14,656 bases of DNA from Nitrosopumilales archaeon (GCA_044507735.1 JBIQJB010000041.1:1-14656); one strand, 5' to 3'. Numbered from the stretch's first letter, positions 1 through 8,371 are shown. Notes: generated by a model from the sequence alone, not told the origin. Numbers and translations are program-made.

Positions 1-428
1 TTCTTGCAGTTGGGACACTTGAAGAACAATTCAACGGCTGCGTCGAACTTTATGCGGGGGCAATCGTGGTTGCCGCAATGGTAAAACTCGGTTGACTCTT
101 CGTGCTCAAGCCTCTTGTGAAGCCTGTCGAGAATCTTTTTCTTCTGATTTTCGATGAAATTGTCGACCTGATCCTGCTTTGCCCGCCAGCGATAAACAAA
201 CCAGCCCTTCTTTTCGTCCTTGACCCGTATGCCCGAGATCAGGGCCTTGCCAAACATGTCGTAGAGCACCTTGCGCACGATGTTTATCTTGAGCCCGGTT
301 GCGCTTGCAATCTCCTCGTCCGTAACGTCCTCTGTGTTAAGAAGTGCGCGTGCCACCTTGACGTACTCCTCACCGCCGATCAGTCCTGCAATCTTGACAA
401 AAGAATCCTCGTATTCAATCGAGCGCAA
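1..428 (-). CDS. tfe: Transcription factor E alpha (TFE/TFIIE-alpha), 3' end runs off the window
   Basis: Manual minus-strand translation from TTG at 428: MRSIEYEDSFVKIAGLIGGEEYVKVARALLNTEDVTDEEIASATGLKINIVRKVLYDMFGKALISGIRVKDEKKGWFVYRW...EFYHCGNHDCPRIKFDAAVELFFKCPNCK. It has the TFE winged helix (TDEEIA...NIVRKVLY...GWFVYRW) and the Zn ribbon (C-x4-C...FKCPNC). Absent from the ORF track because there is no stop codon in the window. Confidence 0.95.
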   Translation of the reverse strand, partial: MRSIEYEDSFVKIAGLIGGEEYVKVARALLNTEDVTDEEIASATGLKINIVRKVLYDMFGKALISGIRVKDEKKGWFVYRWRAKQDQVDNFIENQKKKILDRLHKRLEHEESTEFYHCGNHDCPRIKFDAAVELFFKCPNCK

Positions 429-452
429 TGGGAGTAATACCGCCTTTTTCTG

Positions 453-463
453 ATATATATTTA
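453..463 (-). promoter_or_regulatory. Probable TATA box for tfe
   Basis: TAAATATATAT on the minus strand, about 25-35 nt upstream of the tfe TTG. This is typical archaeal leaderless spacing, and it overlaps the cyclase stop codon. Confidence 0.55.
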
Positions 464-1393
464 CTGTCTTGCCCTCTCAGCGGTGCCGTATAACGGGTAA
501 ATTCCATGCGAATAATCGCTCACATAGCTCCACACTTCATGGCTTATCGAGAGCGGGTGGAAGGTAGCCTTTTGCCGGTCGTCAAGCACGTCATATACCA
601 TTTGGCCTATCACTATCTGGTCAGGCCGTGCAAGGGCGGTCATTTTCGTCGCAATGTTGATCGTGTAGCCGAGGATGTCATAGTGCGGCCTCTTTATCTT
701 CTCGCTGCCGACATTGAACGTGTCCCACCCGTACTGGACAACCACGTTCTCCCCAAGGTCGATCCCGATGCGCACGCTAATCTCGGGATAGTCGTACTGG
801 TTCAAGATGGGGTTGATGCCTTGGTGCACTATCTTGAGCATCGACCGGGCGCAGTTGACTGCATTGACGCAGGGAAGGTACTTGTCGTCAGTTGCAAGAA
901 AGAAGGCAAGTATCGCGTCGCCCACGTACTTTAACACATAGCCGCCGTATGCGGACACTATGATCGACATCTCTTGCGTAAAGGCCTGTATGATGGCGGC
1001 GAGCCTGTCTGCCGGCAGGTCAGATGACATCCGGGTAGACCCTACAAGATCGATGTGGAGTATTACCAGCATGGTCTTTGACTTGGCCAGCCTCGACAGC
1101 ACCTCGTTTGTCTCCTCTGTCGAGATGTCAAACGTGCTTGCCACCTTCAGTGCCCTCCAAACTCGCCTTTGCGCCGCTTGGATTGCCTTGTCAAGGTCGA
1201 CGACTGCGTCAAGGTAGAACGAAGCAAGCGAGGGTTGCGCGCTGGCGGCGGCAACGGCAGCAATCCTTTTTTCAGCCGACGCTATCACCCTTTGCACTTC
1301 GTCCAGGCTGACATCCAGCTGGAGCGCGATTGTCTCGGCTGGCACGCCGGAGTTGTGAAGGTTAATTATGGTCGCCTGCTGGCTTTCGGCCAT
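461..1393 (-). CDS. Class III adenylate/guanylate cyclase with N-terminal HTH-like domain
   Basis: Class III motifs HIDLVGST (metal Asp), GGYVLKYVGDAILAFF (adenine-specifying Lys, second Asp), VRIGIDLGE and YDILGYTINIATKM. The N-terminus IINLHNSGVPAETIALQLDVSLDEVQRVI fits an HTH pattern. Confidence 0.92.
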   Translation of the reverse strand: MAESQQATIINLHNSGVPAETIALQLDVSLDEVQRVIASAEKRIAAVAAASAQPSLASFYLDAVVDLDKAIQAAQRRVWRALKVASTFDISTEETNEVLSRLAKSKTMLVILHIDLVGSTRMSSDLPADRLAAIIQAFTQEMSIIVSAYGGYVLKYVGDAILAFFLATDDKYLPCVNAVNCARSMLKIVHQGINPILNQYDYPEISVRIGIDLGENVVVQYGWDTFNVGSEKIKRPHYDILGYTINIATKMTALARPDQIVIGQMVYDVLDDRQKATFHPLSISHEVWSYVSDYSHGIYPLYGTAERARQ

Positions 1394-1656
1394 ATATGCA
1401 GGCGGTGATGGGCGTTCGCCAAATATTACTATTTTCTGGCACTAGCAGGGCCCGTTAACCTGAGAATCGTATATTGACAGCAAATGCCTGAGTATTCGCG
1501 CTCGCCGCCTTTTTCACAGCACATAGGCCTTGCATATGGCCCGGCCTTGCTGCTTTGGCAACGGACTAGAATTCTCTTGCTAGCGCACATGCAGCCAGAT
1601 CGCTACCCATCCTCCTGTCATTCTTGATAGCAAAGCCGCTGCTGTTGATAGCGACC

Positions 1657-1678
1657 GCGCACGCCCTCTGGCGTGCGC
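1657..1678. repeat. Perfect 9-bp GC-rich inverted repeat (hairpin)
   Basis: GCGCACGCC-CTCT-GGCGTGCGC in the middle of a ~400 bp divergent intergenic region. Confidence 0.6.
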
Positions 1679-1795
1679 TGATAATATAGGGTGTTGACAG
1701 TTGATTGTTGTTGATGCACTAAGGTAACATAGACCCTACAAAACCTTCCAGCGCGATTATTAACAAGCAGTTCGTTATATACAGTAGTAGGGGCA

Positions 1796-1978
1796 ATGGC
1801 GAGCAAAAATCAGGAAGAGGAGAGGGCACTGCTGACTATGTCTAACATCAAGTATCTGGTCGAAGGTCTGGACGTCCTGCTCACGACTGATCTGGACGGC
1901 GAAAAGCGCCGCAGGGTCATTCAGTTGCGCAACGATCTGCTGTCGCACATCAACAGCATATTCAATGACTATTCATAA
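1796..1978 (+). CDS. Small hypothetical protein (60 aa, predicted helical hairpin)
   Basis: ATG start, protein-like amphipathic helical composition, AT-rich TATA-like tracts upstream (1757-1763, 1775-1781). Converges on the receiver-domain gene with a 17-bp overlap. Confidence 0.65.
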   Translation: MASKNQEEERALLTMSNIKYLVEGLDVLLTTDLDGEKRRRVIQLRNDLLSHINSIFNDYS

Positions 1979-2333
1979 GCACTGTCCGGACCTTGAAGAT
2001 GACCTCATTTATCGACAGCGGCTCTTTTTTTATTACATCTTTTCTGTCGAGCGATCCCATGAGCCTGAGCTCTTCACTCGAGATTGAAATTAGAAACATG
2101 AAGCGCACATCATCGTCGTACGATTTTATTTCGCGGTAGAGGTCAAGCCCCGTCATGCCAGGCATCACAAGGTCGGTGATGACGATCCTGTATTTCATCT
2201 GGCTGGCGAATTTTAGCGCCTCTGATGGGTCGGCAGTATGGTCGACAGAAAGACCATCGGCGCGTAAATAAGCTGACATGAGCGACGCTGTGGCTGGCTT
2301 TTGGTCAACAAGAAGAATTGTTTGCTGCTGCAA
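1962..2333 (-). CDS. Stand-alone response regulator receiver (CheY-like) domain protein
   Basis: ILLVD, IVITDLVMPGMTGLDL (phospho-acceptor Asp) and C-terminal KKEP-like motif; TTG start. Confidence 0.9.
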   Translation of the reverse strand: MQQQTILLVDQKPATASLMSAYLRADGLSVDHTADPSEALKFASQMKYRIVITDLVMPGMTGLDLYREIKSYDDDVRFMFLISISSEELRLMGSLDRKDVIKKEPLSINEVIFKVRTVLMNSH

Positions 2334-2387
2334 TCCGCCCCCGGTATTATTACGCGGATTTTCTTATTAAGCCCTGCGGGTCAACTG

Positions 2388-2855
2388 TTATAGAGTTGTT
2401 GATTGTTGGGACTTCTTTCTTGCATGCCTGTATAACGACAGGAATGTCATGAGAGTCATCGCAAACAGCAGTATGCCTGTCGATAGATGAGTGGCCACGA
2501 CAATGGGATGCAGTCCGGTGTCAATCACGAAATAGCCGATGGCTATCTGCACCGACATGACTGCCGCGGCTATTATTGCAGTTTTTCTGCCCGGCATGCC
2601 TTTCCTGAACGAATATGCAGCAGTGGCATAGATCAGGCCAGTCGTAATGAGCACCAGAACTCTATGGTAGTGCTCAAAGAAATGCCTCTCTGACGGCAGG
2701 TCAAAGCCGTTTGGGCAGAGCGGCCAGTCAGGGCAAGTCAACCCCAAGTTCGAGGAAGAAATGTAGACCCCCACCAGCATGACAGAATAGAGGACGGCCA
2801 TCGATGCAAATGAGAGGCCGACTCCCACTATGGAACTGGAACGCTGCACTTCCAA
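2388..2855 (-). CDS. ctaA: Heme A synthase, COX15/CtaA family, short four-TM (half-size) form
   Basis: GLTCPDWPLCPNG cysteine loop, EHYHR motif, Q-x3-G in TM3 (VQIAIG) and a second His in VATHL. Start is probably TTG 2855 or GTG 2849 rather than 2882. Confidence 0.88.
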   Translation of the reverse strand: MEVQRSSSIVGVGLSFASMAVLYSVMLVGVYISSSNLGLTCPDWPLCPNGFDLPSERHFFEHYHRVLVLITTGLIYATAAYSFRKGMPGRKTAIIAAAVMSVQIAIGYFVIDTGLHPIVVATHLSTGILLFAMTLMTFLSLYRHARKKSQQSTTL

Positions 2856-2961
2856 CTGGCAAAAAAATTGTACACACGCCAATTATAACCTTGGCATTGA
2901 ACTTTCTTCTTCTCTATTTCCTCATATCCGTTTTATGTGCTGGCGCGCAACTGAGTGTGCA

Positions 2962-4614
2962 ATGGAAAGTACAAGTGCAGATCTAGGGAGCTTTGAGGGC
3001 AAATATCCCAAGGATCTGTTTAACAAAAACGTGGTAGCAGCTGGTGGTCAGGCAATAGGCCACGTAGCAAAAGAGACTGATAATACCATCGTAGTTTTCA
3101 GCGATTCTGGCGATTTGCGCTATGATATCCCCAAGTCAAAGATAGAAGTGTCAGGCGGCTCGGTCGTGGTGAGCGAGCCCCTTGACCAGTATGCGGTGGA
3201 TAAGGACATGCAGATGCCGCCGGACAAGGCGCTCAGGCCGTCGGCCGAGGAGATAATCCAAAAGGCAGGGGAAATCCCGGAGCAACACTCTGCGCCACCA
3301 GAAGTTGAACGCACGTCATCACCGTCAGTGGTAGAAGAGAAGGCGGCCGAAGTGGCCGATGAGTTCAAGGGAGTTGGCCGTGAGTTGGAACAGGCTGCCA
3401 GGACAACCAAGGAAAAGATTGGAGATGTCGGGGCAGCAGCTGCGAACGACGTGGAAACGGCTGCGAAGCAGACCGCAGAACGAGCAGGCGACCTCGCGCG
3501 TTCTGGAGCCAGATCGGTGACTGAAAAAATTGCGGTATCCCAGAGCAACACAGAGGCTGGCTTGAGCGCGGACAATGTGCTCAAGATCGAAAAGGAATCG
3601 AGGCAGCCATCTACAGAGCTTGACCTTGGAAGCTACGAGGGAAAGTATCCAAAGGACCTCTTTAACAAGACCGTCTTGGTAAACGATCAGGTGATCGGCC
3701 GCGTTGCCAAGGAGACAGACGATGTAATAGTGGTGTTCAGCGATACTGACAGCACCATCAGGTTTGACATCCCCAAATCAGAGATCAGACTGGCCGGCAA
3801 CTCTGTCGTTGCCAGCGAGGACTTGCTGTTCAGATTCAGGACGCAGAGGGACGCGCCGATGCCGCCGGACAAGGCGCTCAGGCCATCAGGGGAAGAAATC
3901 CGCGCTGCGGCCGCAGAACAGCAGCAACAGCAGCAACTTGAACCACAGGACAAGAAACTCGCAACAACGCCTGACGCTGTGATGGAAGAGAGGAGTTATC
4001 TTGCGACGGCGCCGCGGCCAGAAACCACGCGCGTATCTGTACCTGAAGGCTACGTTGATACCGAATCGGAACTCTCCAAGAGGTTCAAGAGCGCGCTGTC
4101 CGAGCTAAGGGAGCTGATCGTTGCAGGTGGCAGGGTAGCCAAGAAGAAGGCCGAAGAGGCAAAGGTGCAGGCAGAAGAGAAGCAGATAGAGATGGACGCC
4201 GAATCCATCTCCAGAATGGGCGACCTTGCCACAAGATTTGCTGACTCATTTGAAGATGTGATCTCTGAGATTAGGACAAGGACGTATGCTGATCAAGTGC
4301 ATATCTACGACGGTTTCATAAAACTGATTGACCAGCAGCGCAACTTGGTGCAGGCGCAACGCGACCTTGCGCTTAGGCTCAAGGACTCTGTCCCTGACCC
4401 GGTGGTAGACAACCAGGAGGAGGTCCAGGCACCTCCGGAGCTGCCAGATGACATTGCCGAAAGCAGGACGCTAAGCGAGCGCACAGAGATCACCACCAGC
4501 CCTTCCTCATCTTCATCAGCATCATCAGCGTCATCACCACCGCCAAGAAGCAGGCGACGAACCGGTACTGCTGCTACCAGCAGCAAGGCGGCACGAAAAA
4601 GGAAGAGAACTTAG
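2962..4614 (+). CDS. Hypothetical protein with two PRC-barrel-like repeats, LEA-like linker, coiled coil and basic C-terminal tail
   Basis: Long ORF. Likely start is ATG 2962 (MESTSADLG), with TTTTAT at 2931-2936; the 2830 start overlaps the divergent ctaA. Internal ~92-aa duplication (DLGS[FY]EGKYPKDLFNK.V....IG.VAKETD..IVVFSD...R[YF]DIPKS.I...G.SVV...MPPDKALRPS.EEI). Confidence 0.85.
   Translation: MESTSADLGSFEGKYPKDLFNKNVVAAGGQAIGHVAKETDNTIVVFSDSGDLRYDIPKSKIEVSGGSVVVSEPLDQYAVDKDMQMPPDKALRPSAEEIIQKAGEIPEQHSAPPEVERTSSPSVVEEKAAEVADEFKGVGRELEQAARTTKEKIGDVGAAAANDVETAAKQTAERAGDLARSGARSVTEKIAVSQSNTEAGLSADNVLKIEKESRQPSTELDLGSYEGKYPKDLFNKTVLVNDQVIGRVAKETDDVIVVFSDTDSTIRFDIPKSEIRLAGNSVVASEDLLFRFRTQRDAPMPPDKALRPSGEEIRAAAAEQQQQQQLEPQDKKLATTPDAVMEERSYLATAPRPETTRVSVPEGYVDTESELSKRFKSALSELRELIVAGGRVAKKKAEEAKVQAEEKQIEMDAESISRMGDLATRFADSFEDVISEIRTRTYADQVHIYDGFIKLIDQQRNLVQAQRDLALRLKDSVPDPVVDNQEEVQAPPELPDDIAESRTLSERTEITTSPSSSSSASSASSPPPRSRRRTGTAATSSKAARKRKRT
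2980..3900 (+). repeat. Intragenic domain duplication (copies 2980-3255 and 3622-3900)
   Basis: Two homologous ~92-aa units. They include a 27-nt identical stretch GATGCCGCCGGACAAGGCGCTCAGGCC at 3213-3239 and 3858-3884. Confidence 0.9.
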
Positions 4615-4621
4615 GCTAATA

Positions 4622-4771
4622 CTAGTAATGAAGGCGCGAGTTTTCGTAAAATTCGCGGTCGTCCTCTGCCATGACGACGCGTTTGTGACACTCCTGGCAG
4701 AGCAAGTATTTTGAATCGGCCGGCAGCTCTTTCTTGCACTTGCCGCAGAATTTTTTCAATACCCATTTCAT
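4622..4771 (-). CDS. Small C4 zinc-finger microprotein (45-49 aa)
   Basis: Manual translation: MKWVLKKFCGKCKKELPADSKYLLCQECHKRVVMAEDDREFYENSRLHY*, with CxxC-x12-CxxC. An alternative TTG start at 4759 has TTTTAT (4790-4785) at TATA distance. Below the 60-aa ORF cutoff. Confidence 0.72.
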   Translation of the reverse strand: MKWVLKKFCGKCKKELPADSKYLLCQECHKRVVMAEDDREFYENSRLHY

Positions 4772-4932
4772 GAGGCATTCTCGGATAAAACCCTGACTGT
4801 TGCGGGCTCTGCTAACTGCCGGGTCATTGACCTTTTGATAGAGTTCTTCTCAAAGTAGCACAAGGGTTCACAAAACATTATCTTTGTGCCATAGCCATAA
4901 AGAGTTGAATTGACTGTCCGCAAGAGCGGCCC

Positions 4933-5367
4933 TTGTTCCTGCGGATATTTCCGCTGTGGCTTATCCTGTCGAGCTTGCCCATGCTAGCCTATGGAATTGG
5001 TCTTGCGTCTACTACTTCTACAATTAACAATCCGGGCTATGTTGTGCCTCAGCAATTGGTGTATGCGGCATGGTATTTGAGCGCACCTGTCGGTTCGGCA
5101 TATTTTTCTCTCGATGGAACTGCAGAAATAGGAGCGTCTGCCGGCGTAATCCTAATTGGCTATTTCTTTGCGCAAGGCTATCGCGCAGCCTACTGGGCAT
5201 CGATATGTCTACTTGTCCTTGCCATTATCCTGAGCATCTGGGCCTTTTCCACCTTCGGATTTGTCTATGCGGTGCCAGCCAATTTGGCTTGGATTTGGTT
5301 TTTGCGCAGAGACAGAAAGACGCGCAATTTGTACAGGGATAGACAGGTCCATGACGCTTCTTCCTAG
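4933..5367 (+). CDS. Hypothetical integral membrane protein (~4 TM)
   Basis: 144-aa hydrophobic ORF with several TM-like segments and a basic C-terminal tail; fills the gap before DP1. Confidence 0.65.
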   Translation: MFLRIFPLWLILSSLPMLAYGIGLASTTSTINNPGYVVPQQLVYAAWYLSAPVGSAYFSLDGTAEIGASAGVILIGYFFAQGYRAAYWASICLLVLAIILSIWAFSTFGFVYAVPANLAWIWFLRRDRKTRNLYRDRQVHDASS

Positions 5368-5499
5368 TTCTGGCCTATCCAGCTGTGATGGACGACAACA
5401 GCAGTAGTTAGTGGCGGTGTGAATCAAAATTGGAGAATCCTTCACAGAAATCTAATTAAGCATGGAATCCAACATCAAGTCGACCGGCAACAATTGGCT

Positions 5500-6993
5500 T
5501 TGCAGAATGAAGTTTTCAACGCATTATCATACGCCACCAACAAGGGCTTTCAGATCCACCCGGATGCTTTTGCAATGCTAAAGGGCCTTGACGTTGACGT
5601 GCTCAAGACAGTTCAGGAAATCATCAAGTCCAAAAAGCCATCCAAGAACGCGGTCATTTTGGTCGATGACATCAAGAACCTGCTCAACCCCAAAAAGGAA
5701 GGCGGGGATGGGGCAGGGCAAGCAGAGCAGCAGGTTTGCAATGTGTTGATGGACCCGACTCCCAAGGTCACTACGGGCGAAGGGGTTGACGGCTATGCAG
5801 CTCTTTTCAGGAGCAGGTTTGAAAAGTCGATGCGGATCTTGGCTCAGAGGCCGGACAGCAAGCGCATCTCAAAGGTTGCATCAGTAAAGCAGGCATCGAG
5901 AAACACCAGGTTTGTCGAGAGAGGAGAAAAAAGCCTGCATGGCAGTGCCGGCACCACGGTTGTGGCCGGCCTCCTGATGTCGAGGCGAACCAAGAAGAAC
6001 GGTGTTGAGCTTGCGGTCGATGATTATACCGGGATATTATCTGTGATGGCCGTGTCAGAAGAGGCGAAAAAGCAGGCGGCCACGCTTGCGCTTGACCAGA
6101 TGGTGATGCTCGAGCTGGAAAACGGCAAGGGCGCGCCGGGGCTGACCGTCAAGAGCATCATCACTCCAGACATTCCGGATCATTTGCCCAACAAGAGCAA
6201 GTCGGAGACGTATGCGGTGTTGATCTCTGATCTGCATGTAGGCAGCAAGTATTTCATGGAAAAAGAGTTCCTCCGGTTTCTAGATTGGCTATCGTCGTCT
6301 GAGGACGATGACATTGTGCGCAAGATCAAGTTCCTCTGCGTCGGGGGCGATCTTATCGACGGCATCGGCATATTTCCAAATCAGGACAAAGAGTTGTTGA
6401 TGATGGACGCAGGAAAGCAGATGAGCCATGCGGCACAGCTGCTTGCAAAAGTTCCCAAGCACATCAAAGTGCTGGTGATTCCAGGCAACCATGACCCAGG
6501 AAGGCGTGCACTTCCGCAGCCTGCCATCCCCGGCAAGGATCCCAGCGACCACCTCTATGGACTGGAGAACTGCACGATGCTTGGCAACCCTGCGTTTGTG
6601 GAGTTGAACGGCGTGAAATTATTGATGTATCACGGCCAGAGCCTTGACGACGTGATTGCCACGACGCCGGGCCTCAGCTACCAAAGGCCGGCCGAGGCGA
6701 TGAAGGTCCTTCTCAAGGCCCGCCACCTGGCTCCTACATACGGCGAGCGAACGCCCATAGCGCCGGAGCAGGAGGATATGATGGTTATCACCGAGGTGCC
6801 GGACATTTTCCACTCCGGACATGTTCACGTGACGGATGTGCAGAGCTACCGCGGTACGCTTGTGGTCAACTCAGGCGCGTGGCAGAGTCAGACAAAATTC
6901 CAGCAGACCATGGGGATAACGCCGTCGCCGGGGCTGGCAATACTTGTTAACTTGGCAACCCTGCAGCCGTCGATCCAAGACTTTAATCAATGA
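5500..6993 (+). CDS. polB: DNA polymerase D small subunit DP1 (3'-5' proofreading exonuclease)
   Basis: OB-fold region followed by calcineurin-like phosphoesterase motifs ISDLHVGS, GGDLIDG, PGNHD, YHG and HSGHVH. Start is probably TTG 5494/5500 rather than GTG 5419. Confidence 0.96.
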   Translation: MQNEVFNALSYATNKGFQIHPDAFAMLKGLDVDVLKTVQEIIKSKKPSKNAVILVDDIKNLLNPKKEGGDGAGQAEQQVCNVLMDPTPKVTTGEGVDGYAALFRSRFEKSMRILAQRPDSKRISKVASVKQASRNTRFVERGEKSLHGSAGTTVVAGLLMSRRTKKNGVELAVDDYTGILSVMAVSEEAKKQAATLALDQMVMLELENGKGAPGLTVKSIITPDIPDHLPNKSKSETYAVLISDLHVGSKYFMEKEFLRFLDWLSSSEDDDIVRKIKFLCVGGDLIDGIGIFPNQDKELLMMDAGKQMSHAAQLLAKVPKHIKVLVIPGNHDPGRRALPQPAIPGKDPSDHLYGLENCTMLGNPAFVELNGVKLLMYHGQSLDDVIATTPGLSYQRPAEAMKVLLKARHLAPTYGERTPIAPEQEDMMVITEVPDIFHSGHVHVTDVQSYRGTLVVNSGAWQSQTKFQQTMGITPSPGLAILVNLATLQPSIQDFNQ

Positions 6994-8182
6994 GTGACGA
7001 AAAATCTTCCTTGAGTGCTTCCTTGACGGTTGTCAGGGGGACTGTTATCTTGATCTTTTGCGACCGGCCGTAGCGGCCCTGGTTGACAATGTCGGTAGAC
7101 AAGAGACCCTGCAGTTCCAAGTCACTTATGATCTGAGTCATTCGCCGCTGGGTGAGCGGCTTTTGCTCGGTCTCTTTGCACATGGAAAGATAGGTGTCAT
7201 ACACGTCTCCAGTGGTCCCGCTCTTTGACTTCATTACAGCGAGAATCACGAGTTTGTTATGTGTCGTCGCGTTCTTGAGCGCAATGAACGGCGCGTCCCT
7301 TTCCATCCTGTCCTCGCCGGCCCGAACGTGTTTTTCATCAACACGGGTCGCACCTTCTCTCTCTGCAAGCTCGGCAGAAACCCTGAGTAGATCGATGGCC
7401 TTCCTTGCGTCGCCGTGCTCTCTGCCCGCAATTGCTGCGCAGAGGTTGACTGCAGCGTCGGAAATGGCGCCTTCATTAAACGACACTTTGGCACGGTCGT
7501 GGAGGATCTGTCTCAGCTGGTCCACGGTGTAGGGGTTGAACACAAGCTCTTCCTCGCTGAGGCTGCTCCTCACGCGGGGGTCGAGCTTGTCTTTGAAGGT
7601 GAGGCTGTTTGAGATGCCGATCAGCGTGATGAATCCTCCCGTCATTTTCTGGTTGGCCCGTGTAAAGTTGTAGAGGATATCGTCGCCGCTCTTGTCCACC
7701 AGCGAATCGATTTCGTCGATGGCCATAACAACGCTGAGCTTCTTCTTCTGGATATACTGGAGGATTCTGTCGGTCGCCTCGCCCATCGACAGCCCGGTGA
7801 AATGCACCTGCTTTTCGTGCTGCCTGTTTATGCCGAGCTCTTGGGCAATTTCGAACAGGACCTTGTATGCGCTGCCCGCGGTCTTGGCATTGATAAATAA
7901 CACCTTTACCTCCATTTTCAACTCCGCAGCTTTCTTCTCCAGCCTCTCCAAGACATTCCTTGCCGCAGCGGTTTTTCCAGTCCCGGGCTTGCCAAACAAA
8001 AGCAAGTTTGACGGCCGGGCGTTTTTGAAAATTGTCGATAACACCTGTGCAAGGGCCCTTGTTTCTTCATCTCTGAACGGAAGTCTTTCCGGCACGTAAT
8101 CGATATTGAGATACTGCCATGATTTTACCAGCGACTTGCCGCTAGCAGCCCTTGCAAAGATGTTGTCGATATCAGAGCTCAA
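6983..8182 (-). CDS. cdc6: Orc1/Cdc6 replication initiator
   Basis: YVPERLPFRD, Walker A GKPGTGKT, Walker B IDEID, LDPRVRSSL, sensor-2 GDARKAIDLLR and C-terminal winged helix (LTQRRMTQIISDLELQGLL...GRYGRS). Confidence 0.97.
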   Translation of the reverse strand: MSSDIDNIFARAASGKSLVKSWQYLNIDYVPERLPFRDEETRALAQVLSTIFKNARPSNLLLFGKPGTGKTAAARNVLERLEKKAAELKMEVKVLFINAKTAGSAYKVLFEIAQELGINRQHEKQVHFTGLSMGEATDRILQYIQKKKLSVVMAIDEIDSLVDKSGDDILYNFTRANQKMTGGFITLIGISNSLTFKDKLDPRVRSSLSEEELVFNPYTVDQLRQILHDRAKVSFNEGAISDAAVNLCAAIAGREHGDARKAIDLLRVSAELAEREGATRVDEKHVRAGEDRMERDAPFIALKNATTHNKLVILAVMKSKSGTTGDVYDTYLSMCKETEQKPLTQRRMTQIISDLELQGLLSTDIVNQGRYGRSQKIKITVPLTTVKEALKEDFSSLID

Positions 8183-8220
8183 TTATTATTATTCACCATT
8201 GACGGCGCACCAATTTTAAC

Positions 8221-8248
8221 CCGCCGCCCCCTCTTTTTCTTTTGCAGA
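8221..8248 (-). promoter_or_regulatory. Variant ORB-like element adjacent to the cdc6 promoter
   Basis: Minus strand TCTGCAAAAGAAAAAGAGGGGGCGGCGG is an inverted near-copy of 8372-8398. It has a G-string and abuts the putative cdc6 TATA (TTAAAA 8219-8214). Confidence 0.55.
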
Positions 8249-8371
8249 CCATTAATTTGTTAACGTTACCTTAACAGTTATGTTAACAGGTCGTTTTTAA
8301 CCGGCCAAATCAATCATAGCTGATTTTGGTATCAGCTTTATGACGCTTGTTATCAGGAGCTATGAGAAGGC

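Noticed and set aside
102-453. Plus-strand ORFs 102-437 and 271-453
   Set aside because: Antisense shadows of tfe, which has clear family motifs on the minus strand.
1432-1806. Short ORFs in the intergenic region (1618-1806 minus; ~47-aa plus ORF from 1484; ~53-aa minus ORF)
   Set aside because: No recognisable motifs, unprotein-like composition and mutually overlapping.
2830-2961. N-terminal 44-aa extension of the 594-aa ORF
   Set aside because: Overlaps the divergent ctaA start and promoter region; ATG 2962 has a well-placed TATA box.
3919-3936. CAG/CAA poly-Gln tract (and poly-Ser at ~4504-4536)
   Set aside because: Ordinary in-frame low-complexity linker, with no sign of phase variation.
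5419-5493. GTG 5419 start for DP1
   Set aside because: The extension looks like promoter/UTR sequence; the protein-like region begins at about TTG 5494/5500.
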